A DNA stretch of 64,000 nt from Octopus sinensis (GCF_006345805.1 NC_042999.1:128340001-128404000); one strand, 5' to 3'. Numbered from the stretch's first letter, positions 25,698 to 40,683 are shown. Program-made: numbers and translations. Notes: generated from the sequence alone by a model not told the origin.

Positions 25698-27191
25698 CTC
25701 TCTCTCTGCATGTATGTGTACACACACACACACACATACACATACACACACACGTACATATGTATATATGTATATATGTATGTATGCATCTATGTATGTA
25801 TATATGCATGCATGTATGCATGTATGTAATTTTCTGTAATTTTCTTCATGCCACTCACCCCTCTTACTATTCCCATTTTTCTTCTCTCTTTATTTCTCAC
25901 ACTCTCACTCATAATTCTCTTGTATCTCCACAGACTCTTACTCTCACTCATATTTCAACCACCTGCTTCGATTTCATTTATTTCCCTTGCCATTACTTCT
26001 CTCCTTCTTACTCCACATTTTTCCATAACCCTCTCTTTCTCATCATCTCCTAATCTTCTCACCCCAAACTCTTTCATACCTCTGACTCTTACTTGTGTCT
26101 TTTCTCCTGCACAATTTACTGCACAACTCTTACCATCACTCCTCTTTTTCATTCTCTTCTTTGAAACTCTAATTTCAATCTCCTTCCTCTCTTCTTTCTC
26201 ATTAATTCTCCTTACTCCTCACACTGTACCTCAACTGATTCCTGCAATACACTCCACACCTCTTTCCTAGCATCTGACCCTTCCTTCCCCAATTTTGCTA
26301 TCCTCCTCTCCTTATCATCTCCCCTCCCACATCTTACATTTAAATTTGTCGCACACTTTAAACATACCTCACTTTTAACGCCCACTCAATTCATTATACA
26401 CATCACATCAGCAATCTTGCTCCTCACCTTATCAATTCACTCACTGCATCAATCCTTTCACTCATTGTCCTTCCTCTGCCCAGCAACAAGCAAATGACAG
26501 CCATCCTTCATATAACCTGTCTTTGATTTGTTTCCTATACTTATAATTAAGGGTCACCACAACACATCAGATCTTAATAATATTTATTACACAAGGAAAT
26601 AAAAAGGAGTTATTGCTAGAAGACTTGTGTAAAATGCCAAGATTGAAAATGTGCTCTTTGTCATGCAGTAACCACATTCTCTGTTTCTTCAATCATTGCT
26701 TTAATAATCTCTAAAATAAGCCTATGGCCTGTAATTCTTAGGGTAGAAGCTTAGTTGACACTATTGATGTTTGTACTTGACTACTATTTTATATTATTGA
26801 TCTGGTGAGATGAAAGACAAAGTTGACCTTGACAGAACATAAAGAACCATTACAAATATTGCAAGGTATTTTTCCCCCAATGCTCTAATTATTCTGTCAT
26901 TGTTTCAACAATGCATTCTAATTTAGGCATAAGACTAGTAATTTCATGGGGAAAACAGTTAGTTGATACCACTGACCTCAGTACTTGAATAGTACTTTAT
27001 TTCATTGACCCTAAGAGGAAGAAAAACAAATTTGACCTTTGAACTAAAACTGTAAAGAGCTGAAATAAATACTGCAAAGCATATTTATTGATGCTCAACT
27101 GATTTTGCAAATCCGCTACTCTACCCTAACCACTGCAGTAATAATAACCTCTACCCCTTTATGCTCTCATCACTCTATGTTAACTTACACC

Positions 27192-27465
27192 TTAAACTCT
27201 TTTGGGACACTTGTCACCACCTTTGCTTCATATTCTATTAACTCATTGTATCGCTTGAAAAATTCCATACTAAACAATTTATCCATCATCCTTTGCTTAA
27301 ATTAATTTTGAAAATAATGAAGAATTTACTAAGATAACTTTGTCATTATTAAGCTGGTGTTTGGAACATAAACTAATAAAATATTTTGATGGAAGCATTT
27401 AATTTAGATCACTTTAAAATAAAAAGTTTGTATCATAGAACCAGAAGTGAGTTCAAAGAGGTTAA
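27192..27465. mobile_element. Possible TTAA-flanked (piggyBac-like) MITE
   Basis: TTAA|actcttttg ... ttcaaagagg|TTAA. Only a short imperfect TIR is visible. Confidence 0.3.
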
Positions 27466-27589
27466 GGCAAATTTGAAGGTGATTTGGTTAATGCTGGTAA
27501 TAATGAGTACAGAGGAGCAGCAACTGTTCCATGTACATCTTCCTACCATTACTGTAACCATTACCAGAATGAATAAAAGGTGTATACAC

Positions 27590-27810
27590 AGGTGAGGCAA
27601 TGTGTGAGCTTCAGTATAGTTATGTAACCTGCTTGAAAATTGGGGCCAAATCTCTCTCAAATCATATTGTTAAATAAAAGGTGTACTTGACTATGTAGTA
27701 ACATTTATACAAAATGATGAGATGGTCATAGCTGGGGCATCTTTGATTATAGGGCCAGCTCTGTCAGAACTGATCTGGGACTAAGCTGCAACAATAACAA
27801 CAACAAAAAC
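27590..27810 (+). mobile_element. Older SINE-like family ending in (CAA)n
   Basis: ..gaaaattggggccaaatctctc..gatggtcatagctggggcatctttgattatagg..gggactaagctgcaacaataacaacaac. Reverse-strand relatives at ~8095-8280, ~28650-28830 and ~35995-36190. Confidence 0.5.
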
Positions 27811-30610
27811 AATCATGCATAAATTGTGAGGACTGTGGAAAGACTATAACAAGTTCAAGCTGTTTGTCCAATGAAATATATATTATAGGTCTACTCCATT
27901 GAAGCTGACCTGTCATTACCAAAATTACAACACACACACACACATACACACACGAATGCATACACATAGAAGCACATATGTTCTTCTGGCAGAAATTTTC
28001 TTTAAAATCCCAAGTCTTCATTTATCCATATTCCTTATATCTTACTGGCTCTTCTAAAACAAAATAATAACATGTTTCTCATTTAAAACTACTGACTTTA
28101 TGTTGCATACCCATAAACTCACACATTACATTATCTTCAACTCTTCCTATCACCCTGTTTTCTTACACTTTCTCTTCACCATCAGCATCACCATTTTACA
28201 TCTGTTTTCCATGTTGTCATGGGCTGGATGAATTGTTACAGTCCAAGTCAGTTCTTATCCAGAGTTACTTCACTCCAAGACTGGGCAGAGAACCACATCT
28301 CCCTCATTCATTTCAGTTTTAACATGGGTTCTATGGCCTGATGTCTTTCTAAAATACACCACTTTACACAGTGCATTGGGTGTGTTTCATCATAGCACCA
28401 GTACCAGTGAGGTCGTTTTGTAATCTGCAGGACTAAACAATACTCACTACTCTAGACTGTTTCCATTCATACAAAGCAACTTGAAACATTTAAGCTGATC
28501 CTTTTCATTCCAATATACTTGAACTATTTTGTCTTTCCAAGAATTGCTCCAATGTCTATCAGCCTGCAATAATTCAAATCAAACATGTTCTACTATCCAG
28601 TTAATTTAAACCTCCATATATGATAACTGTTATATGACTGTTATTATTATTGTTTGACCTCGAGTCAGCATTGATTGAACAGACCTATAATCAAAGGTAT
28701 TTCATCTATGGCCATGTTGTTGTTTTTTTACTGTCATCTAGGACTATATTATCTCACTTGTACTTTCCTTTTCTAATACAGTTGTGTGTAATATGATGGA
28801 AATTTGGTAGTTATTTCTAGCTAGATAAATGTTCTGTGTGACTAAATGCTGTTATTGATTGGTGTAACTGAATACTGAAAACTGCATTATATTAGAATTA
28901 AATATTGTAACTCAACATAGCAACTAGATGTTGCGACAGGCTCTCATGACTGTTACTGTGGTAGTCATTTAGCACTAGTCCAGACCTGATCAAGTAATAA
29001 TAATAGTTTCTCGAGTCCAAGAAAAAGGGTTCTGCAATTTTTTGCCAAACAACCTTCCCAGATGAATTGTATATAGTGATAAAATGTTTGCACTGTACAT
29101 AGGCTCACTCTCTCCATCAAACTGACATTGCCTGTACAAGTATGCAAAGTATGCAACATGTCAGATGTTGAAGCGATTGCAGAGCAACATGTAATGAAGT
29201 GCTTTGCTGAAGAACACAACGCATCACCCAGTCCCAGGATCAAACTCACAATCTCACAATCATGAATGCAATACCTTAACCACAAGGTCATGTGCTCTCA
29301 CTAATCAAGTTGACTTATGATCAATAGACAAGTTATAAGTTGCTGTCTTCTTTCAATGATAGACAGCACTGTACTGGTTGGGGCAGAAGAAACTCTCATT
29401 AAACATTTATGATAGTCTTGCAAGTTACATGACAATCTCACTAGTGCTGGTGCCATGAAAAATGTATCCAATGCATTGTGTAAAGTGGTTGCTGTTAGGA
29501 AGGGCATCCAGTTATAGAAACCATATCAATACAGACAATGGAGCACAATGCAGTCCTCCAAATTGTCAGATTCTGTTGGACTGTCCAACCTATGTGATCA
29601 TGGAAGATGATGATGATGGTACAGCTGAATTTTATAAATGAACTTTCTAACAGAATAATTGATTAAATGTTCACAAATAAACTTAGGAATCTTCAAAACG
29701 GGAAGACTGGGGAAGAAATGGAGAGGTCTGAGGAAAGATGATATCAAAAGGAAAGAGAAGGAAAGAGATAATAATAGATTGCAGCAAATAAGGAAAGAGA
29801 AGACCCATTTAACCCAATAGAATCATGAGAAAATGGATGTATAAATAATGATGAGAATGAGAACAACAATAATAACAATGGTGATGATAACCATAACGAC
29901 AACCACTACTATAATGACAACTACAACAGTGATAACAATGATGGCCATAATGATGATGTTGAGGATGATGATGATAATGACACTGATTATTATGGTGGTG
30001 AAGGTGTCAGTGGTGTTGATGAGGATAATGATGATGATGATGATGATGTTGAGGATAAGAAGCAAGGAGATGTCTAAATGTGTGGTACGAGTGAATTTTT
30101 GTAAGTGAGATTTGTAATTAGATGATTGTTATAACAATATGTCGTGATATAATGTTGTAACTGAGATGATTTTGATGACCATAGTGAAACATTATCATGA
30201 CTATAGTAACCAGTAATAACCAGTAAACTAGTAACCATAGCAATTAATGTAATCATTGTCATAGAGTAATTACATTGAGAAATGACCATAAAATGATTAG
30301 GGACTTGTTGTTGTGGCAAGTAACCAAAACAGACCATTGAGATATGTTACCATTTTATAAATACACACACACACTCACACACACACACATATACACACAC
30401 ACATACACACTCACACACACACACTCTCTCACACACGTGCACATACACATGCACACATACGCATGCACACACACATCTATGTATGTATGTATAGATAGAT
30501 ATAGACAGATATGTGTGTGTGTGTGTGTGTGTGTACAGAGAGAGAGAAAGACCGACAGAGATACAGATATATATGTATCTATGTATATGCATATGTGTGT
30601 ATGTGTATGC

Positions 30611-30693
<83 letters not shown>

Positions 30694-30791
30694 CATATAT
30701 ATATATATGTATGCATGTATGTATATAAATAATATATATATATATATATAATATATATAACCACAAATGATAATATAAATAATATATATAT

Positions 30792-30828
<37 letters not shown>

Positions 30829-30831
<3 letters not shown>

Positions 30832-32079
30832 GGTTGTCTCGCATGAAATGTCATATATTAAATGGGTTTCTTATGAGTCATCTATAGATAGATTTTTAAT
30901 CAGTTTCTATGTAGATACTTGTATTTACTCTTAACTTTTTCTTTCTAGACATTATTATTCAAAATTGCTACCCTCAGCTCTTATGACAATGTTGACAGCT
31001 GAATAATACCGAGGGATTTTCTTGTATGAATATAAGTTGGGTCACTCTGCCACCAAAGCTCTACGAAATATCAAGCAGGCTTTTAGTAACAATTCTGTTG
31101 ACATTAGAACTGTTCAGAGATGGTTACAAAGATTTTGTTGAAGAAATGAAAGCCTTAAAAGTGAACAAGGGTGAGGCCAAAATCAGTTATTTGGTATGAT
31201 GTACTGAATGCTTTGGTTAAATGCAATCCAAGAACAACGGTCCACAAAATTGGATCAGAGCTCCAGACATCTCACACAACTGCTTCTCGACACTTGAAGA
31301 AAATTGGAAAAGTCAAAAAGATGGATAGGTTTGTTCTCCATCAACTTAATGAGATTCAAAGAAACAGACACCTTACAATGCATTCCATTTTTGTATCGAC
31401 TCATTACATGTGATGAGAAATGGATACTCTTTGATAACAGCATGAGTTAGATGCAGTGGTTAGATGCAGGAGAGTTACCAAAACACTACCCAGAACCACC
31501 ATTGCACCCTAAAAATTTGATGGTCACTGTATGGTGGTCAACAAAGGGGGTTATTCATTATTCACTTTTTGCAACAAGGAAAAACTGTAACAGCAACATT
31601 CTATTTTCAGGAAATTAATTGTATGCATGAAAAATTATAAAAGAAGCAACCCAGCTTAGTGAATAGAAATAGCCCAATTTTGCTTCATGATAATGCATGG
31701 CCTCACACTTTTCATAATTCAGGCTTTGCAACTTGTGGACTGCCACAAGTTGCAAAGCCTGAATTATGAAATTTTGGCACATCTTCCTTATTCTCCTGAT
31801 ATCTCTCCTACTGATTATCACATATTTAAACACTTTGAGCTTGCTATACGCAATAAAACATTCTTAAATAAAGAAGAGGTAATTGAAGAATTCAAACAGT
31901 TAATCAGTGTAAAAGGTGACAAATTCTTTGAAGATGGAATATATGCCTTAGAGGAACGTTGGATGAAGGTCATAAATGAACAAGGATCATATTTTGATTA
32001 AATAAATAAATATTCTAAAACTTAAAAAACAATTTTAATGTTTCCTTTTTCAAATGCGATATTTCATGAGACAACCTAA
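30829..32079 (+). mobile_element. Near full-length decayed mariner (DD34D) transposon
   Basis: TIRs ttcggttgtctcgcatgaaatgtc / gatatttcatgagacaacctaa with TA flanks, ~1.25 kb. Motifs YEYKLGHSA, FVLHQL (WVPHEL), ITCDEKWILFDN, HDNA, HLPYSPDISPTDYHIF. Several frameshifts. Confidence 0.95.
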
Positions 32080-32931
32080 TACATATATATATATATATTA
32101 TATATGTGTGTGTGTGTATATATGTATGTATGTATGTATGTATCTATCTATCTATCTATATAATACAATGGACTTCTACCCACACTGTCACGGGGCATTG
32201 GTTGGCCTGGGGATATAGTGGACAACATTTTCCCAAAGTGCTGTGCAGCAGGATTGAACTCAAAACCACATGGTTGCAAAGCAAGCGTCTTAACCCACAG
32301 CCATGCTTGTGCCTACACATGATGGATACATTGTCATTACTAATGATAGGAATTGTACTCCCTCTACCAAAATGTAACCATGGAAATAGAGAGTTGCTCA
32401 TTTAATAATGCTGAAGTTGATGATATAGTAATTAGAGTGGACGTAATTCCTGGTGCAAGTGACTTTATTGATGAAATGACCATAAAAAGCAATTGAGTAA
32501 ACTAAAAATGAGTAAAAGACTTGACTGGTGATAAGGTAAAAGGTCCCTGTGCCTGTGACATGTAAATAACACCTATGCTCGGGACATGTAAAATGGTACC
32601 CATGTCAGTAACACATAAAAGACACCCATGCCAGTAACATGTAAAAGACACCCAGTACACTGCGTAAAGTGGTTGGCACTAGGAAGGGCATCCAACTATT
32701 GAAACCATGCCAAAATAGATAGCTGGCATCTGGTACAGCTCTCCTGTTTACCAGCTCCAGTCAAACCATCTCACCTATGCCAGCATGGAAAATTATTGTT
32801 AAATGATGATGATGATGATGATGAGGAGGAGGAGGAGGAGGAGGAAGATGAGGATGATTATGATGAGCCATTATGCACACATGCTCACTCACATGCACAC
32901 TCACGCACACATGCACACACACACACACACA

Positions 32932-32972
<41 letters not shown>

Positions 32973-33631
32973 TTCGGATATATTTTCTGTACAATAGATA
33001 TTTATTGATGACAGATGTATTTTCCACACACCTATAACATGTCTACTTTTCTGTTTGTGTATTCATTTGATTTGATATCATACAATAGTTGTGAACGAGC
33101 ATCATCACTGTACAAGCAGGGTCATTCATTTTCAGTCTTCCATTAAAAACATGTCTAACTACAAGAAAATATTACCTTGCTTGGAAACAGGTGCTGAGTT
33201 GGAGGCAGGAAGAACATTGGACTGTAGAAAATTTGCCATAACAAATTTCATCTGACCCATGCATACATGGAAAAATGGATGTTAAATGATGATGTATGTA
33301 ATTGAATATAATTAATGTATTTACTATTTAAGTATTTATAAGTGAACTTATTCATTTCAGTTCACACTCATAATCTTATCAAAGAAGAATCACGCTTGAT
33401 GAGGATCTGAGATGGAACTAAAATCAGAGTTTACCTGTAACATAAATACTCAGATAAATGCTATAGGTTCAGGCATGGCTGTGCAGTAAGAAGTTTGATT
33501 CCCATCCATGAGGGGTCACATTCAGTCCCATGCATGGCACTTTAGGCAAGTGCCTTCTATAACCTCAGGCTGACCAAAGCCTTATGAGTGGATATGGTAG
33601 ACACAATCTGAAAAAAGACTATCATATATAT

Positions 33632-33782
33632 AGTGGCCGTGTGGTAAGTAGCTTGTTTATCAACCACATGGTTCTGGGTTCAGTCCCACTGCATGGCACC
33701 TTGGGTATGTGTCTTCTACTATAGCCTCAGGCCAACCAAAGCCTTGTGAGTGGATTTGGTAGATGGAAACTGAAAGAAGTCT

Positions 33783-33881
<99 letters not shown>

Positions 33882-34075
33882 TTCCCCCACCATTGCTCAA
33901 CAACCGATGCTGGTGTGTTTACATCCCTGTAACTTAGCGGTTTGGCAAAAGGGACCAATAGAATAAGTACTAGGCTTGCAAAGAATAAGTCATCCTGGAG
34001 TCAATTTGTTTGACTAAAGGTGGTGCACCAGCATGGCCACAGTTAAATAACTGAAACAAGTAAAAGAATAAAAGA
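33632..34075 (+). mobile_element. Full family A SINE (preceded by a second head at ~33470-33620)
   Basis: Head, (TA)n(TG)n spacer, and tail ending ggtggtgcaccagcatggccacagttaaataactgaaacaagtaaaagaataaaagaa. Confidence 0.88.
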
Positions 34076-34691
34076 ATATATATTCTTACTTTTCAAGAAA
34101 TCCAAAATGGCATGATCCCTTTGTCTCAAGGAACTTCAAACGCCCCTTGAAAACCTAATTTAAATAGCAAAAGCCTGTTGGATATCACTACATTTTATGA
34201 GACTTTTACCATCCACAAAACATGTACATATATTTTTTTATAAAAAGATATTAAAATCCCCTTTTTATGTATGTTTTCTATATATATATATTCACTTCAT
34301 AATTTTGCAACATGATGTATACCGATTCTCCAGCATTTTTCCTTCTTTTATATATATATATATATGTGTGTGTGTATGTATATATATATATATATTGTAC
34401 ATTTTTATATATACACATACATATATATATATACATATATATGTATACACACACACACACACACACACATATATGTGTGTATGTATGTATGTATGTATGT
34501 ATGTATGTATGTATGTATGTATATGTATATCTAATAGTGTATATATCTTATTCCTTCATTATGGTCATTTCCACAATACATGGTTCAGATCCAACATAAA
34601 TATATGAAAATAAATTTAACTGGATCTTTGTGTAAGCATTTATGGAAATATATGTGTGTACATGTGTGTGTTTGTATGGCAATGACAGATC

Positions 34692-35020
34692 CAGCACATG
34701 GTTCAGTGGTTAGGGCATCAGGCTCACAATCATACGCTAGTGAGTTCAATTCTCAGGCTAGGCTGTGTGTTGTGTTCTTGAGCAAGACACTTTATTTCAC
34801 TTTGCCCCAGTTCACTCAGCTGTAGAAATTGGTTGTGACATCTCTGGTGCCAAGCTATATCGGCCTTTGCCTTTCCCTTGGATAACATCAATGGTGTGGA
34901 GAAGCGAGGCTGGTATGCATGGGTATCTGCTGGTCAACCTTGCCTGGACTTGTGCTTCAGGGGGTAACTTTCTAGGTGCAATCCCATGGTCATTCATCAC
35001 TGAAGGGGGTCTTTACCATT
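34692..35020 (+). mobile_element. SINE family C variant
   Basis: gcacatggttcagtggttagggcatc..gagttcaattc..tgtgttcttgagcaagacactttatttcactttgccccagttcactcagctgtagaaa. Confidence 0.75.
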
Positions 35021-35074
35021 ACCTTTATGTATGCAAATATATGTGTGTGTGTGTGTGTGTGTGTGTATTCTTTT

Positions 35075-35281
35075 ATTATTTTACTTGTTTCAGTCATTTG
35101 ACCGTGGCCATGCTGGAGCATTGCCTTTTAGCAAAAAAACTCGACCCCAGGAGTAATTCTTTGCAAACCTAGTACTTATTCTATTGAATCTCTTTTGCTG
35201 AACTGCTAAGTTACAGGGACGTAAACACATTAACATCGGTTGTCAAGCAATGGTGGAGGGTGGACAAACACAGATACACAA

Positions 35282-35323
<42 letters not shown>

Positions 35324-35324
35324 G

Positions 35325-35366
<42 letters not shown>

Positions 35367-35515
35367 TATATACAGAAGGGGCTTCTTTCAGTTTTTGTCT
35401 ACCAAATCCATTCACAAGGCTATAGTAGAAGATACTTGCCCAAGGTGCTGCACAAAGGGATTGCACCAAGAACCATGTGGCTGGGAAGCAAGATTCTTAC
35501 CACACAGCCACTCCT
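35075..35515 (-). mobile_element. Full family A SINE
   Basis: Reverse complement of the family A head and tail with internal (CA)n(TA)n. Confidence 0.85.
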
Positions 35516-35579
35516 AACAGACAGTAGAAACAGAAATGAATATGAGTATATATTCTTTTATTTATAGCTTTATTAAGCC

Positions 35580-35790
35580 AATGAGATGGCAGAATCATCA
35601 CCGTGCCAGACAAAATGCTAAGCAATATTTTTTCTAACTTTTTCTTCTGAGTTCAAATGATGCCAGTGTCAACTTTACTTTTCATCCTTTTGGGGTCAAT
35701 GAAATACGTACCAGTTGAGAAATGGGGCTGATGTAATTGATTTAGCCCTTCCCCAAAAATTGCAGGCCTTGTACCAAAATTTGAAACCTT
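35580..35790 (+). mobile_element. SINE family B (diverged)
   Basis: tggcagaatcatca..gagttcaaatg..tcatccttttggggtcaat..gtaccagttgagaaatggggctgatgtaattga..ggccttgtaccaaa. Confidence 0.75.
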
Positions 35791-36496
35791 TATTTATAGT
35801 TTTATCTACTTCAAGTTTCACTGTTCCAAAAAGGAAATGCACACATACATACATGCATACATGCATATATGAAGAGCATTGTAGTTTGAATGTAACATTG
35901 TGATATAGAAGTAAAATAACAATTATATAAATTGCTGGCTCTGCGCCAAAATTGAAAATAGTTATATTGATGTATTTTGTTCATGTTATAATAGTAGTTT
36001 AAGCTTCAATCAGTATTTTTTTATCAAATAGAGCTCTGATCAATTATATTCCAATACTGGCTCTCATGTCATTTATTTTTTAGACACAGTTTATCCCTTG
36101 TGTCTTCCCTTATCAAAAATGATAGAATATGCTTTAAAGGGGATTTGATTGGGATTTCTAGCAAGTAAGGCAACAATGAAAAACTTCCCTCGTTTGTTTT
36201 TCTCTCTTGATGACATATCAATGTGAAATGTTTGAAACAAGAATATTGTTAGGAATTACTACAAATATGCACATATCTATAGAATCTGGGAAAATCACAG
36301 CTGATACTTTCATTATCATCATTATTATTACTAGGAGAAACACCACCCTTCAGGCAACTACCTAGAAGTGGTGTTTTTCCTATTAAATACTTGTATACAA
36401 ACATTATAATAAGGATACACACACACACACACCACACATAAATATACATATATATGTATGTATGTATGTATGTATATATGTATATATGTGTATACA

Positions 36497-36564
<68 letters not shown>

Positions 36565-36601
36565 CATACATACATATACATATACATGCACACACACACA
36601 T

Positions 36602-36635
<34 letters not shown>

Positions 36636-36864
36636 ATCTACATATATATATCTCTGCACACATGTGCAGATGCTCACATGTGCATATATATATATATATG
36701 TATATATGCGTACATATACACAAGGTGGACTCTTCTGCTGTATGTGATAGATGAGAGTTCTGCGATTTTTTTGGTGAATAACCTGCACAGATGGTTTATT
36801 TCTTGTGATCAAATGCTTCTGCTGAACATTAGTTCACTCCTCCCATTACATCGACTTGGTCAGT

Positions 36865-38795
36865 ATAGGTGCATGAGTGGTGGTAGCAGAGAACTATATC
36901 AAGGAGTCAGAAGGAAAGCTAGGAGACAGGTATATTTAGCTTGGGGAGAAACAGAAAGAGAGAAGTTTGCCAATGTTCTATGGTGGGAGGACCAGAGGCT
37001 CAAGATGGTTGGTTTGGAAGACAGTGTGTCAGAGAAAACTGTGATGCTGTAGGAGAGAAGTGCGTTTGCAGTTAGTGATCCTGGAAAGAAAGAGGCTTGG
37101 AAGATCACTATGAAAGGCTGCTAAATGTTGAGAATGCATGGGAGAAGGAGAGCCTGCCTAACATGGTAGAAGGACCAGCTCCCAACAGTAGTTTGGTAGC
37201 TAAAGCAATTAAGGATATGAAGTCAAGAAAAACTCCCAGTCCAACAGGAATCAGCACTGAGATGCTTAAAGTATCTAGCAGAGCAGAATATGGCCTAGTT
37301 ACCCATTTAGTAAATTATCTTATCCACATGGGAGTCATACCCAACGACTGGTAGAGCAGCATTATAGTCAACTACTACAAAGGTAAAGGCACACCTTAGA
37401 TAGAAATAATTACAAAGGCATCAAATTGCTGGACCAGATCATAACTCAACTGATTAGAAATAGAATTAGCCTAGATGAGATACAGCTTGATTTAGTACCT
37501 GAGAGAAGCGCTACTGATGCTACCTTCCTGGTAAGGAGAAGCATTTAGCCAAAAAGAAACCTCTGTATTTGGCTTTCGTTGGCATGGAGAAAGCTTTGAC
37601 AGGGTTCCTTGCTGCCTTATCTGATGGTCAATACGGAAGCTAGGGATAGATGAGTAGTTGGTGTGAGCTGTACAAACCATTTACAAGGATGCTGTTTGTA
37701 AGGTAAAAGTTAGCAATGAGTGTAGCAACAAATTTAGTGAAAAGGTAGGAGTTCACCAAGGATTGGTTTTCAGCCCCTCCCTCTTATTTGCCATAGTCCT
37801 CCAGGCTATAACAGAGGAATTCAAGATTGGCTACCCTTGGTGGTGAGCTCCTCTATGCTGATGACTTTGTTCTTATAGCTGAATCATTGCCAGAACTAGA
37901 GAAGAAATTTCAAGTGTGGAAGCAAGGTCTGGAATCAAAGGGCTTTAGAAATTTAGCAAAGACCTAAGTCCTAGTAAGTAGGAAAATAGACAGGTTACTA
38001 ATCCCTTCAGGGAGATGGCCCTGCTCTGTATGTAGAAAAGGTGTAGGTAGAAATTTCATACCCAGTGAAAACCATGGACACATAAGAGGTGCGGCAGTAT
38101 CACAGGAATATTAACAGAGAAAGTAATCTTTCTGTGAGGCAGATGCGCAGGTACAATAAACACTGAGAATGTGCAGGAAATAGACTTTTTCATAAGTATT
38201 TATCCTTAGAAGTAGTAGATAGCTTCCATTACCTAGGTAACCAAGTTAACAGTGGAGAAGGATGCTCTGAAAGCAAAGTTGCTAGAATAAGAACGGGCTG
38301 GGCAAAGTTCAGAGAGCTTCTATCTTTGTCGGTAACAAAAGGTTTCTCTCTCAGAGTGGAGGGCAGATTGTGTGATGCCTGTGTATGAACAACTATGCTA
38401 CATAACAGTGAAACATGTACTGAGACTACAGAGGGCATATGAAGACTTGAAAGTAATGAATCCAGCATGCTTCACTGGATGGGTAATGTCAGTGTGCATA
38501 TATAACTGTGTGTAAATGACTTAGAGAAAAAGTAGGTATAAGAGGCATCAGATGTAGTGTTCAGAAGAGAAGACTGCATTGGTATGGTCATGCAATGTGC
38601 ATGGATGAGGACAGTTGTGTAAAGAAGTACCAGTTTCTAAATAGTGGAGAGAATCTGAGGAAGGGGTAGATACAAGAAGACATGGGACAAAATGGTGGGA
38701 AACGATCTTCAGATGTTGAGGTTCACAGTGATGACAAGAGACCAAGAATTCTGATGATTTGCTGTGCTTGAGAAGACATGTCAAGCTAAGTAAAA
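36865..38795 (+). mobile_element. Decayed RTE-clade LINE (RT domain to ORF end)
   Basis: YERLLNVENAW, AIKDMKSRKTPSPTGISTEMLK, IPNDW, MEKALT (DLEKAFD), VGVHQGLVFSP, ELLYADDFVL, WPCSVCRKGVG zinc finger, FHYLG, GWAKFRELL, WYGH, AVLEKTCQAK*. Many stops and frameshifts. Confidence 0.93.
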
Positions 38796-39326
38796 GCATG
38801 GCCATCAATATGTACAGGCATTTCACTTATGGCCATCCACCCACCACTCACATACACACATAATCTGTCCTCTGTCACCCCCACACACACACTCACACAT
38901 ACAACCCATCTTCTCATGACCTCCCCTCACCCACTGCAAGCCCCTCCTCTCCACTCTCCTTTGTGTTTCACCAGCTGCAGCCCCACCACCACTCTCCCTC
39001 TCATGACTATCAGCACATTCTCCATGTCCTCACATATCTACCATACCCCACTGCCACCTGCTCCAATTTTTCTCATCATCACTTGCTAAAGGCATGTCTT
39101 CCCTATCACACTCTTATGGAACATTCCTCTTTATCCCCTCTGTATTATTTATACTACCCTCATTGTTCCCTGTGGGTACATCCCATACATCTCCAATACC
39201 ATCTATTTCTCACTCTCTCACTCTAACTGATTCTCTATCTCTGTCTCTAATTCTCTCCCATCTTCCTCTCATTCCTCAACAGTATCTCCTCAACAGTAAG
39301 ACAACTATTTCTGTCCCTCTATTATA

Positions 39327-40241
39327 CAAGGTGGTATCAAACAGTTCCCAGGCTAGTTCTGTAGCACACCAGCTGATGGTAGCACATAGTTGCATGTGTA
39401 GTGAGAGCTAGCAGTGACCTTCATGAGGCAGTGTGCAAGTGATATCATCATGTTTACTTCACAAGTTGTGAAATTTGTTTTCTTGTATGCAGTAGTCTGT
39501 AACTTTTGTCATGGACAGGAAATTAGAACAAAGAGCCAATGTGAAATTTGTATTAAACTTGGGAAGTTTGCTACAGAGACATTGAGCATGCTTCAGCAAG
39601 ATTACGGCAATGAGGCAATGGGTCATACACAATGTTCTGAGTGGCACATTCACTTTAAAAGTGGAGAACGTTCCTGAAAGGCCATGTGCAATCTGGAAGA
39701 CCTGCCATGAGCATCACCCCCAGAAATGAGGTATTGTGCATCAAGAATTCATCTCGCAGGGTCACACCATCAATTGAAAGTTCTACTGCAATGTTTTGAA
39801 GTATTTGAGGGAGGATATTTGGTAAAAGCGACCAAATTTGTGGAGTATGAAGATAGGGTTCTTCAAGACGATAGTGCACCATGTTACCAAGCTCTCCTCA
39901 CTCATGAATTTCTCACCAAAAACAACATGTTATCGCTTCCGCACCTGCCCTATTCACCAGATTTAGCAACTGCAGACTTCCATTTCATCCCCAAAATGAA
40001 AAGGCAGTTCAAAGATCACCGTTTTAACACTTTTGTTGAGATCCAGAGTGAATCACAGAAGGTCCTTAACTTGCTTACAGAAAAAAGATTTCCAGGCCGG
40101 ACTCCAAAAGTGGCAGGAATGCTACGATTGGTGTATTACTGCACAAGGTGACTATTTTGAAGGAGATGATATTAAGACTTAGGTAAATAAGTTATTTTTT
40201 ATTAAACATAACTAGTCTTTGAACCTTTTGATGTCACTTTG
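39327..40241 (+). mobile_element. Internally deleted mariner transposon
   Basis: TA|caaggtggtatcaaacagttc ... gaaccttttgatgtcactttg|TA. MDRKLEQRANVKF..KLGKFATETLSMLQQDYG..WHIHFKSG; QDDSAPCY; LPHLPYSPDLATADFHFIPKMK. Confidence 0.92.
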
Positions 40242-40683
40242 TACATGTGTGTGTGTGTGTGTGTACTAAAGGGCACATATATATATCTTATCATAACCAC
40301 AATCATGATTTAAATACCCACTATTCCATGCATGATTCAAAATTTTTCGAGGCAGATTTCCTACAGCTTGATGCCCTTCCTGTTGCCAACCGTCATGCTT
40401 CCAAGTCAAGTAATAATATTTCCCCATGGCCAAATTTGAAAGATTTGAAATGAGTGACACTGCTTGCATGACACAGACACTCATTTACAACTATCCTGGT
40501 ATGTCAAGACAATGAAATAGTGACACCCATACATGCACCCATATATATATATATATATATATATCATATTAAATTAGAGATAAAACCACTATTAGGCAAA
40601 TCATAATATTTTACTATAAAATTGGATTCAATCCTAAATCTGATTTTTCCCTGTAAGTTTGGATTTATTCCCTAATATTTTAT

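Noticed and set aside
31687-32001. 104-aa mariner transposase ORF as a possibly domesticated gene
   Set aside because: It is part of a frameshifted, stop-containing element with TIRs, so a pseudogene.
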